From Hemiscyllium ocellatum (taxonomy: Eukaryota), in NCBI RefSeq assembly GCF_020745735.1, contig NC_083424.1:48594999-48658998 (forward strand): a DNA stretch of 64,000 nt, in the 5' to 3' direction. The stretch's first letter is position 1; each line of letters starts with the position of its first letter. A program made the translations under genes and the position numbers. A model generated the notes under the pieces. It made no database searches. It had not been told where the DNA came from and saw only the letters and a list, made by a program, of their open reading frames with translations. Below are positions 37,001 to 48,946 of the stretch, in pieces.

Positions 37001-39377
37001 TGCAAGGAGATGACGAGAAGTTGGAAAGATCTATTGGGTGTGTCGCCAGGAAACTGAACATTCATCCGCAGAAATATCCAACAGTTGAGAAGGAGTATTT
37101 GAGCTTAGTGTTGGTGTTATGACATTTCGATGTTTATGTTATCAGTAACACATCTGAGACAATCATATACACTGATCATAACCCATTGATGTCTGTGGAG
37201 AAATTTAAGGACAAAAATTCCAGACTGTTTAGATGGGGCTTGTTGTTACAGCCATTCAATTTGAAAGTTGCACACATGGCAGGACAAGAAAATGTGATTG
37301 CTGATGCATTTTCAAGACTTGAAACAGAAACAGAGGCATTTGGTGGCAGGAGTAAAACAGATTGAAACAGAATGTAATAGTGCATGTTTACAGTCAATGA
37401 CATGTATGCATGTGTTATAGATTACTAACAGTTTAGGACTAAGGGGATTTACAATTAAGCCATCTTTGGGTATTGATGGTCCATTTTTTTTTAAAGTGGG
37501 GAGATGTGATGATGATGGTGCTCCTTTAAAAAGGTAATGTTTTCCATGTTTTCTTTTTAAGAGATCGTAAGAGCACAGGTTCCAAAAACATTTAGGGTTG
37601 AACGGTTTTAATTTCAGTTTGATTATAGCTAACAAATGCTTCCTCAGGACAAAAGGCTTACACGTTTTTGCAAAACAAAAACATGGACAATGAAAGAGGA
37701 GTGGTCAGTTATCCTATCTTCTGGTTAGGGTGGTTAGCAAGCAATAGAATTGGAAGAGCTTTTGGACCCAAAAAAGCAGGTCCAAGCCGATTCTCCTCTC
37801 TCTGACATCTCCTCTGTGAGGCCCTGTACTTGATTTTACCTTTTGTGCAAAGGTATGTTTATAGGTATTGTTGGAAGTATTGGGAACAACATCATTAAGT
37901 TGGGATAGTCTGCTAGATTTTCGGATAGGTTATGTTAGTCAGTATTATGTTCTCTTTTGTTTGGTTTCATTCCGTAATCTTAGAATAGCTTATTTTTTAT
38001 TTGTCATTTCTACCATGTATAACTGATACAGTTAGAACGGGGCAGCTACATGGACAGCACAAACTAAACCTTCGTACGTGGCATAAAGTGCATAAGAAGT
38101 GCAAAACACGTAATTTACAGTGTAATAATAGAATGATAAATAATAGACACTTTTTTTGCAGCAATTCGAAGTCGTGCAAAGAATTTCAGATGGGAAAGAG
38201 TCCGATTATACGGTGTTAAGGGGCCTGATGGCTTGGGGGAAGAAGCAGCTGCACAGTCTGGCTGTGAGAGACTGAATGCTCTGGTATTTTCTGTCAAACC
38301 GCAGGAGAGGGAAAAGTTTGGATGAGAAGTGCATGAGGTCTTCCACAATGCTTTTAACCTTTTGGAAGCAGCATTTGATGTAAATATCTGCAATGGAGGG
38401 AAGAGAGATCCCAATGATCTTCTCAGCTATCATCACTATCTGTAGTAGAGTCTTATGATTTGAGATGGTGGAATTCCCGAATCAGGCAGTGATGCAGTAG
38501 CTCAAGGGTCTCTCAATGAAATCTCTGTAGAATGTGATGAGGATGGGGGTTTGGGAGCTGGGCTTTCCTCAGCCTGTATAGAAAGCAAAGATGCTGCTGG
38601 GATTTTTTGGATGTGGAGCTGCTGATGAGAGTCCAGGTGAGATTCTCCACCAGATGTACAGCAAGGATTTTAGTGCTCTTCATGATCTCCACGGGAGAGT
38701 CATCGATGTCCAGCAGAGAGTAGTTTCGCTGTGCACTCCTGTCAACAACCATGTCTTTCGTCTTTCAGAGAACGTGGTTGCTGGCTGTGCACCAGCCCAT
38801 TAGCGGCTGCACCTCCTCTGTTTGCTGACTCATCATTCATGCTGATGAGACCTTCCACGGTGACATCATCAGCGAACTTGATGATGTGATTCGACCTGTG
38901 CATCATTGCACAGTCTTGTGTCAGCAGGGTGAACAGCAGTCGACTGAGCAACCAGCCCTTGAGGGCTCCGTGCTCAGTGTGATGATATTGGAGATGCTGT
39001 CCCCAATCCGGTCCGACTGTGGTCTCCCAAAAAGGAAGTCCAGGATCCAGTTACAAAGTGAGGTATTTAGGTCCAGCAGACACAGCTTTCCAATCAGGTG
39101 CTGAAGAATGATGCAGAAGTCTCTGAATGGGAGCCTGATGTACCTGTTCTTCTTCTCCAGGTTGGTGAAGACCGAATGGAGGGTAATGGAAATAGCATTA
39201 TCAGTTGAGCGGTTTAGCCGACACACGAACTGCGAGGTGTTCAGTTTTGTTTAAAAATTTGGTTTTGTTTAAAATTATGTGGTTTTACCAGCTGCATCAC
39301 TCCTGAATATTCGTGTTGCACCTGCATAAACCAACTCGCAAAGTTAGGGTCTGGCCTACTTTATGAGAGTGTTAACA
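34079..39377 (+). mobile_element. Gmr1-type Ty3/gypsy LTR retrotransposon (INT-RT-RNaseH order), internally deleted and decayed
   Basis: 5' LTR from TGTGAT at 34079. Integrase HHCC/core at about 34600-35830 (HEL..GHL..FYWPG..C..C), RT at about 36060-36720 (WSSP, VDY, LDLLKGYWQ, MPFG, VDDL) and RNase H at about 36750-37322 (DASDVG, TDHNPL, ADAFSR). PPT AAAGTGGGGAGA at 37493-37504. 3' LTR 37505-39377 ends in TTAACA; TSD CCAT/CTAT. Confidence 0.88.
37995..39240 (-). mobile_element. Rex1/Babar-type non-LTR retrotransposon, 5'-truncated, inserted in the 3' LTR
   Basis: [56 protein letters not shown]. Confidence 0.82.
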
Positions 39378-42300
39378 CTATTAACTCCAGTTTTGCTACA
39401 TCTCATTGGCAACAAACTCAATGAAATGCGGCCTTGATGTTAATAGCTGTCATTCTCCCCTCAATTCTGAAATTCGGTTCTTGTCCATATTTGAACCAAA
39501 GTTGTAATGAGGTCAGGAGCTGGGTTAGTCTGGCAGTTAAACAGGGCGTGTTCGTGAGCAGCTTATTGCTAAGCAAGTGCTGCCTGATAGCACTGTTGGT
39601 GACACATTGTATCATTTCACTGATGATCAATAGGAAACTGATGAAATGGGAATTGACCAGGGTAGCATTCGTCCTGATTTTTGTGTAGAGGACATACCTG
39701 GGCAATTGACCACATTGCTTAGTAAAAGCTACTCTTGTAGCTGTACTGTAATAGGTTGACTAAAGACATGACAAGTTTTGGAGTACAAGTCTTCAGCACA
39801 ATTGTCTGAATGATCTCAGGGCCAATTTCCTTTGCAGTACCCAGTGTCTCCATCAGTTTCATGATATTACGTGGAGTGAATCAAATTGGCTGAAATCTGG
39901 CATCTGTGATTCTGTGACCTCTAAAGAAGGCCGAGATAGAACATCCACTCAGCACTCTCAGTTGAAGGTTGTGTCGGATGCGTCAGCATAATGAATTGCA
40001 CTAATGTGTTGGACTGTTCAATCAGTGAGGATGGGATATTTGTGGAATCTCCACCTCAATGAGTTATTTAATTGTGCACTATTATGGACAACTGGATGTG
40101 GCAACATTGCACAACTTACACCTTAACCATTAATTGTGAGATCATTTAGCTCTGTCTATCACTTGCAGCTTATGCTGTTTGTCAATCAATTAGTCCTGAC
40201 TTGGAGTATCATTGGGTTGACAGCTCATTTTGCGATATTGTGTTTTGCTCCTGCCATGTCGTACTGCAATCTTCATTGAGTGGAGGTTCGTGCCAAATGT
40301 AAGAGATCTGAAGTACTTCGGTAAAACAACATCCTGGCGATGTCAGTCTCATGGATCATACTAATCAAATAACATCCTGGATACTACCATTTTCTGATAT
40401 GTCATGTCCTACCAATAATTGCAGCTGAGGTGATGGTACACATAGTTTGCAGTCAGGAGGGAGTTGCTCTTAACAACATTAACAGTTTAAGTCTTTAACA
40501 GTTAGTCCTAATTCCATGAAATCTCATAACATCATGAGAACGATGTGCAAGACAATCTCCTGTTAATTCTCTTGTAGCCTTTCTCATGTATCCCCACCAT
40601 GAATCAATTAGTCCCCATTTTGACTTCATTTAAATGATGCATTGAATGTGGCAAAGGCTCAGAATGATTCATGCTGGGCTGCTTTAATATTACTCACCAG
40701 AAGTGGATCTGTGGCGCCACTGTTGCTTGAGCTGGCCAAGTCCTAAAGGATATAACTGGTAGACTAGGTCTGTTGCAGGTGGTCAGCGAACTAAGGGAGA
40801 AACACGTATAGATCCCATCGTCAACACTTTACCTTTAACTGACATATCTGTCCACAACAACTTTTATAAGAGATGCAGTCCTTGTGAAATCGATGCCACC
40901 CTTTATGCTAAGGATACCATTTACCCTGTCATATGATCCAACAAATGCGATGAAATGGCATTAGTTTTGATTTACTAACTCAGGACTGAGCAGCCGTGTG
41001 TCTGTATGGACCATGAGATGCAGCAGAATTAGATTCAATCAGAATCTGTAATTTGATTGATAGCAGTTTGACCCAGCATATCTCCTTTTCTCCGAACAAT
41101 ATCAAGTCAGGAGATCAACTCTCACATAATCCAGAATTCAACAGAGCCAAAGCTAGCACCTTGCATACCGAAAGAAAAGATGTCAACGTAACCAAGCCAC
41201 TGCACAAGACGGCGTTCATGCCACGTATTGTAGGAAACACGTGATTGAAATAACTAAACAATATCCCAACTAACTGAGCAAATCTAAACTCTGAAATCCA
41301 AACGTATCTAGCCCTGAATGATTTTCGACAGCTAAACAACTAACTGGAGGATGTCAGACCATAAATAGCCCCACCTTTAGCCGAGGCTGATCAGTGTAAA
41401 TTAATATGGCAATGCATCACATCAATAGCATTAACTTGACAGTCAATCTCTGTCTCATTCTGAAGTTCTTAGCGTCACAGATGATAGTCAACCGTCAATT
41501 TTATTTACTCTGTGTGAGATCAAATAATCGACCATTGTTACATGTATCCAAAGGGTTAACTGAAAAGTTTATTAGTGGCCACTTACAACGACATGTCAAG
41601 TACAAGGATACATAGTTACAATCCCCAGTTGCAGATTAGAGAAGAAAACAAAGTTACATTATAGCTATACAGTGTGATAATAGGCCAGAAAAAAAAGCAA
41701 GAGAAAATGTTAGAAAGATAAACATCACAGCTGCCCTTCGAAGGCTCTCCGCAGCAGTCCAATGCAGGGGGCCTCCAAGTGGTTTGACTGCTGGCTGCTG
41801 ACAGGCTCCACACTGGGCCACTATCTCCACTCGGCACTGAGCAGCGTCCCCATTCTGCCTGCTGGATGCAGGCGTTCCCGTTCCTTCCGCTGGAGTCTCA
41901 GCCGCCCCGCTTTGAAAGCAGGGAGTCGGAGGCCGAGTGACCAAGACTGAGAGAAGGGAGAACAGAGGGAGAAAAAAATGAAAAAGAATATGTGGAGCGG
42001 GAGTTCCGGCTGGAGATTCCTACTCCGCCGCTATTTTATTGTTTGGCTGAAAGAACTGGATACAGCAAAGTCAATTGGCTTTGAGAATATTCCGACAATA
42101 CCGACCTCATCCCAGGGTACGTTGTTCTAGTATAGCTGGAACAACGGAATTTACCGCACAATGTGCCCAACTGTAGCTTGTGTGCTCAAAGTAGGCATAT
42201 ACAACATGGGCAATGAGAGTCCATCAATAAACTCTTAGCCATTAGCAAACTAATGGAATGGGCCTAGATAGAGCCATGAAGAAACATTTTTTCAAGATGA

Positions 42301-42929
42301 ACCAGGTGACTGACATTCATTTTGGGTTCCAGCAGGCCAGCCCAGTACGTAAAGTCATTTACAGCTTTTGTCCAAGCGTTGACGTTTTGTGAACACAGCA
42401 TCATCGAGAATGATTGTGCTTGACATCAAAGCGTTATCTGACCAAGTGAGGATTGAGGAACATAAACTCGGGGTCAACCAAGGTCAGGGTAAAAGGCTGG
42501 ATAAACTATGTTAAATGACAGAGGAAAAAGTAAGGGCTGCAGACGCTGGCGAACCAGAAGCAAAAAGTGTGGCGCTGGAAAAGCACAACAGGTCAGACAC
42601 CATCCGAGGAGCAGGACAGTCAATGTTTCCGGCATAAACCTTTCCTCAGGAATGTTGAAGGTGTGAGCGAAGGGGGTTGAGACATATTTGGTGGTGGGAG
42701 GAGGCTGAGAAATGGAAGAGGATAACTTCTTCATAGTGGGATTCCTTGGAAGAGGCTTCGCAGTCAGGTTTTCAGCAACTAGGAGGAAGTGAGGACTGCA
42801 GATGTTGGAGAGTTAAATTCAAAAACGCACTTGTCCCTCCACATTCCTGATGAAGGTCTTATGCCCGAAGCGACGACTCACCTACTTTCTGGATACTGCC
42901 TGACCAGCTGTGCTTTTCCAGCACCACAC

Positions 42930-45333
42930 TTTTTTTTAATTTCAAAAATACACTTTATTCATTAAATACTTTGATGATCTATACAAGTGGACATGCTATA
43001 CATATGTAATCATTCCATTTCTTTGCATACCGAAACAGAGTAATTGTTCCTATTTACAGGTCTGTACAATTAAACTTTTTAGCTGAGGCGTCAGCAGAGC
43101 CCAAATGACTGCGCGGGCCCCTCTGTTCTTCTTTAGACAGGCAGATGTTAAATGGTGGTCTTTCCCCACCGCGCTTTGGCAGCAGTTGTCCCAAGCTTCA
43201 GTGCACCCTCAATACGTAGTCCTGGACCTTGGAATGTGCAAATCAGCAACACTCAGTCGGGGTCAACTCCTTCAGCTGGAAGCTCAACAGGTTTTGGAAT
43301 GCCCAGTGAGCGTCCTTCACCGATTTGATGATCCTCCAGGCACAGTTGATGTTCGTCGCGGTGTGCATCCCAGGGAACAGGCATTGTAGAGCACTGAGTC
43401 CCGTATCACGGTGCTGCTCGTGATGAACCTCGACAAACACCACTGCATTCCTCTCCAGACTTTTTCTGCGTAGGCACATTCCAGAAGGAGGTGTGTGACA
43501 GTCTCGTCCGTACAGCAACCGCTTCGAGGGCAGTGTGCAATGTGTCTGAGAGCTTGGGCATGCATAAAGGATCTCACAGGCAGAGCCCTTCTCACCACCA
43601 GTCAAGCCATGTCTTGGTGTTTGTTGGAAAGTTCTGGCGATGAGGCATTCTGCCAAATGGCTTTGACAGTCTGCTCAGGGAACCGCTCGATAGGATCCGC
43701 CCTCTCCTTTTCCCGAAGGGTCTCAAGGACGCTACGTGCTGACCACTTCCTGATGGTGTTTTTCTTCATAAATTTCTCCACGGTGGACAGGTGATACGGA
43801 ACGGTCCAACTACTTGGAGTGTTCTGCGGCAGCGAGACCAGGCCCATCCTTCGCAACACCGGGGACAGGTAGAACCTCAGTACGTAGTTACACTTGGTGT
43901 TAGCGTACCGGGGATCCATGCACAGCTTGATGCGGCCACACACAAAGGTGGCCATCAGGGTGAGGGTGGCATTGTGTGCATTATTTCCCCCATTGCCCAG
44001 ATGTTTGTTCAGCGAGTCCCTTCAGACCCGGTCCATCTTTGATCTCCATATAAACTGGAAGATGGCCCGGGTGACTGCAGCGGCACAGATTATGGGAATA
44101 GGCCAGACCTGTGCCACATATAATAGCAATGACAGTGCCTCACACCTGATGACCAGGTTTTTTCCCGCGATGGAGAGCGACCGTAGCTTCTATCTGCCCA
44201 GTTTTTGCCTTACTTTGCTGATACGCTCCTTTCAAGACTTGGCGCACGCCCCAGCCCCCCGAACCAAATACCCAGCACCTTCAGGTGGTCGGTCCTGACG
44301 GTGAAGGGGATCGAGGATTGATCGGCCCAGTTCCCGCAGAGCATGGCCTCGCCCTTGCCACAGCTTACCTTGGTCCCCGAGGCCCATTCAAACTGGTCAC
44401 ATATGTGCATGAGTCTGCACATGTACAGTGGATCCGAGCAGAAAACAGCAAGGTTATCCATGTACAGGGAGTCCTTAACCTGCAGGCCCCTGCTGCCAGG
44501 AATAGACACCCCTCTCAGGCTCGCATCCTTCCTGATGGACGTGGCAAATGGCTCAATGCAGCACACAAACAAGGCAGGAGAGCGAGGGAAGCTCTGCCTG
44601 ACTCCACATCTGTCTGGGAAGCGATCTGATTCCCATCCAGTGATTGAGACTGCACTGACGATGTTGGTGTAGAGCAGTCTGATCCAATTGCAGATTCCCT
44701 CCCCAAAGCCCATTTTGGAGAGAACATCTCTCATATACCTGTGTGATATCCTGTCAAAGGCTTTCTACTGGCCCAGGCTGATCAGGCAGGTGTCCAACAC
44801 TCTGTCCTGCATGTAGGTGATCGTATCCCTGAGGACTGCGAGACTCTCAGCGATCTTCCTGACTGGCACAGCACAGGTTTGGTCAGGGTGAATCACCGAC
44901 CCCAGAGCAGACCTGACCAGGTTGGCGATTACCTTTGACAGAGTTTTGAATCCACATTCAACAGTGAGATTGGCCTCCAATTTTTTGAGTTCCTCCCTCT
45001 CCCCCTTCCCCTTGTAGATGAGGGTGATGATGCCTTTCCTCATGAATTCACTCATGGTACCTGCCCAAGTATACTGAGATACACCTCCAGCAGGCCCTGG
45101 CCAATCAAGTCCCACAGAGCGGAATAGAGCTCGACCGATAAGCCGTCACTTCCGGGAGTTTTATTCTTTCCGAAGGACTCGAGGGCGTTGGTCAGCTCGT
45201 CCAGAGATAGCGGCTGGTCCAGCCTTTCGCGTGTTCTGTCGTCTAAGACCTCCTTGATAGAGGACAGGAATGACTGGGAGGCCGCGCTGTTGGTCGGTTT
45301 CGCGTCTTTACAGACTGGCATAGAAGGATTTAC
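42930..45333 (-). mobile_element. 5'-truncated Tx1-clade L1 retrotransposon with a 19-bp TSD
   Basis: RT motifs (NKTPGSDGL, GIITLIYK, IHPDQTCAVP, GVRQ, YMD) and a zf-RVT-like C..C..ETVTHLLLEC; AATAAA (42954-42959) plus an A-tail; TSD TGCTTTTCCAGCACCACAC at 42911-42929 and 45334-45352. Confidence 0.92.
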
Positions 45334-46731
45334 TGCTTTTCCAGCACCACACGTTTTGACTATGTTAACTAACAGAATCAACAGATCGAATCCAAGGTAT
45401 GAGTTGTGGTCCTCCTGTGCAGCTATAACCTTGTCTGCCTCCCTGTGACTGAGCACACTATGACCTACATACCACTGTTTGCTATGATCTGCCTGTACTG
45501 ATCGCAGAACAAACGATTTTCACTGTACTAGGTGCCTGTATCTACAAAAAAAATCAAATCAAATAGTTTAACTAATGCATGCAAGGATGTGTTCAAAGGC
45601 ACTCCCATGACTCGCAAATAGTTATGGATTTGGTACACAAAATACCATTACACGTGCCATTCAGGACAAAAAAATCGACCTTTCATTAGCTTCGTATACT
45701 TCACATGTTCTAGTTGCCAACTAAATGCTTAATGTTAGTTGTTCATGAACCCAAACAGTTTAAAAAATACAACCTTGTTACAGTTAAGCGTGGTAGATTT
45801 ATTTAAAGCTAAATTCTACCTAAATACATTGGAAAGTTAACATACTTTCCTAATGAAATTACATTGCACTTAAAATGACTAATTTTATAATTAGCTATTC
45901 CTAAAAGGCATGTAATGTTCTGACTGGTCCGAAAGTGCAAGTGTAACCAGTTTTCGGGTCTTAAACTAAGATTTAGCTCAGACATATCCTGATCCTTTGC
46001 TAAAGGTTTATTGGCTCGTACGGATATGGTTTCAAGTTGTGTTACAAAACCATTCAGGGATTCCGCTATCCTTGGGAGTCCGATGTACCTGAATTGCACC
46101 TCATCTTAACAAATTATAGACTTAGAGGGGGGTTTTCCTTTATTGCTGACAGGTTATCAACGAGGAAATAAGGTTATTCTTTCTGCCTTCCATTTCCTGC
46201 TCTCAGACATATGTCCGAGGTGATATTCAGTTTCCCTCTCAACAATTTCCCACACTACCACTATTCTTCTTCACCCTTTTCATCCATGTTGTCCCTTATA
46301 TAGTGGTCTGTTTTTGTCTTTCATTTTATTTCACTCTTCAAGGGGAAACATCTCCACTGGCTGTAATCATGCTGAGCATAAAGAAGGTAGTTGCAGTTGT
46401 TGAAGGTCAGTCATCTCAACCATAGGATGTCATTGCAGGAGTACCTGAGGATTCTGTCCTGGGTCCACTCATCTTCAGCTACTTGATAAATGATCTACCC
46501 TCCATCATAATGATCAAACAATGTGCAACGTCATTCCAGTCAATATCAAAACAGATTACACACGTACACAGTGAGAGCCGGATAATATTCCAACTGCAAT
46601 GTTAAGCTCCATTACTGCATTTTTATATTCCTCTGTATTTTATAATGTTTATGCCAGGGTTCAACGTCATGAATTGGAAATAAACTTCGCAATTGCAAAG
46701 TGAGATTGACCAAATATCTTTATTTCATCAG

Positions 46732-46996
46732 GTTTGAAAGGAGTCCGTGCCCTGACTCAGCCAGGATCCACCTCAAAATCCCCAGGGAAAACTGTGAAGG
46801 CAATCTGCACCATGTCGGGAGGCAGCGTCGGGAGCGATGGGGTTCAGTCAGGTATTCCATATCGTTTCAGTGGGTCCATGAACTCATCGAGTAACAAGAT
46901 TCACTTAACCATAACAATCTGCAATCAGAGGATGCCGTCAATTATTATTGTTATGGGGAAGGACTTTCGAGAGAGGAACTCAGCTGAACCTGGGCA
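46732..46996 (+). pseudogene. IGL: Germline-joined lambda-like VJ pseudogene exon with no visible leader or C exon
   Basis: tttcatcAG acceptor; [58 protein letters not shown]; GTAAGT donor at 46997. It carries a 63-nt FR2 deletion, a -1 frameshift in FR3 and a 14-nt CDR3. Confidence 0.92.
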
Positions 46997-47660
46997 GTAA
47001 GTGAATTATTGATCATCTGAAAATTGGAATTCGGAATTAACCAACGTTCGATCTGTGTTTGTTTGTTTTCAGTCGCAAATCTCTGAATCCATAAGCACGA
47101 GTGTGGAGTCATTCTCAGTCATCCCGCGATTATTTTGCTTATTTCAAATCATTTTATTTCCTCGGTGCAGAGGCGCACGTCAAAAATGTTTTACAGACAC
47201 TAGGCAAGTTGACATTTTGTAAATCAGAAGGATTTCTCTCAATTGCATTCATTGAGAACTTATGAATCGCTGATGTTCAGGTGACAGCAAGATACCTGAA
47301 GTCCAAGTGACTGCGCATGTCCTGACCCTGCATTGATAATGTATTAAGATGACACTGTCGCTGAGAGCTTTGCGTTGTGAGACAACCTAAAGGAATCCAG
47401 TTCCACTCGAACCTTATATCATACTGAAAACGTTCGGAACAACAAGCCATTTCTGCGCAGGTAGATGAAAACCACATTATTGCTGACGGAGTCAGTGTTT
47501 TGAGGCAAGTGTTTTACGTCAGGAATTGTTCGGTCCGCATTGTCGTCGCTGAAAGAGTAATATCAACAAACTACGGTAGTGCTGAGAAAGGACGCAGACA
47601 TGTTCTCTAAAACAGCGGAAGAGAGTGTTGGAAAAATTGATCCAAAGGATACAATCAGAC

Positions 47661-47843
47661 TTAGATTAGATTAGATTAGATTACTTACAGTGTGGAAACA
47701 GGCCCTTCGGCCCAACAAGTCCACACCGACCCGCCGAAGCGCAATCCACCCATACCCCTACATTTAACCCTTACCTAACACTATGGGCAATTTAGCATGG
47801 CCAATACACCTGACCCGCACATCTTTGGACTGTGGGAGGAAAC
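47661..47843 (-). mobile_element. 5'-truncated tRNA-derived SINE with a (TTAGA)n tail
   Basis: Same 3' domain as the 23643 SINE. Confidence 0.88.
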
Positions 47844-48946
47844 TTCTTTGATGAATACAAATTCTGTGGTTCAATCCCATGCGGCCTTATAGGTGTTGCA
47901 TCTGTGGCTTTCATAGCCCCACTCTAAAAACTGAAAACATTTCTGAAAATGTTCGCGCGATGCGTTTCCATTCCACTGAAGGCAGCACCGGGATAGAAGC
48001 GCCGTTCTTAGTGTGAGCCTCGGGAAGGACAATATGACGCTTTACTGCAACTCCCTCTCGCTCTTCTCTACGCAGGGAAAGCCGTTTAGTCCAAGATTCG
48101 CATCCTTACCTTTCACAACAATCTCCATTACTACAGAGAACTTTTTTTTTGCGCTGGGCTCAGTCTCTAATGATCAACGGAGATCCAATTCTGTTCTGAC
48201 GCAGCCACAGCCAGGGTAGTTATTTCTTAGTCAATCATCGGACCTATCCGTCCAATTGCTCGTTTGTGTCTGAGAATAGGTTTTTAAACCATTGCCTTTG
48301 TACCTGCACTCTCTCAAATGTTGGTGAATGCGTAATCTGTGTCAGTAAATTATTCGCAGAAAATGTCGATAATCTAACATTGTGTGTAATAATCATTATT
48401 TGGCTGTACAGGGTGAAACGGGCGAAGGTGCAATGTATAAACAAAATCTCCCTTTGTCACATTTGTTCTTTTTCTCAATACATCTCTAGCACATATTTCA
48501 AGAGAAAGAGGATTGACTGTAAAATACTTCGCATTTTTACAACACTGTGAACAGATGATTTAGAATTTTGCTGAATAGTCTCGCGGGTCTCCTTCTATTT
48601 CGGTGTCAGAATATTCAGTTAAACACCAATTGTACAGTGACTGTGCCAATTGAAACTGGCGACACTTACTTAATCACTCGCAGTTTCAACTCGTTCATTT
48701 TTACGTTGTACATATCAAGGTGAATCGTTCAGAATGCGAATAGATCGTTCATGTGAGACGGGCAAATTTGATGCTGTGATGTAACTGGCATTAAAATTCA
48801 GTGTCAGAACCACTTGTAGCGGTTCAGAGTCTAGATTAACAATTAGAAAACGTGTTTTAATTCTTGCTTCAGATTAAGTAAACCACTTCACTCCATATTT
48901 GTCGCTGGCCTTAGTCAGCGCTATGGGAAATTTATAAATACAGGAT

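Noticed and set aside
46800-46860. The FR2 deletion in the pseudo-VJ as a VNAR-like shortened domain
   Set aside because: It removes the conserved Trp that VNAR retains, and the exon has frameshifts and no visible leader.
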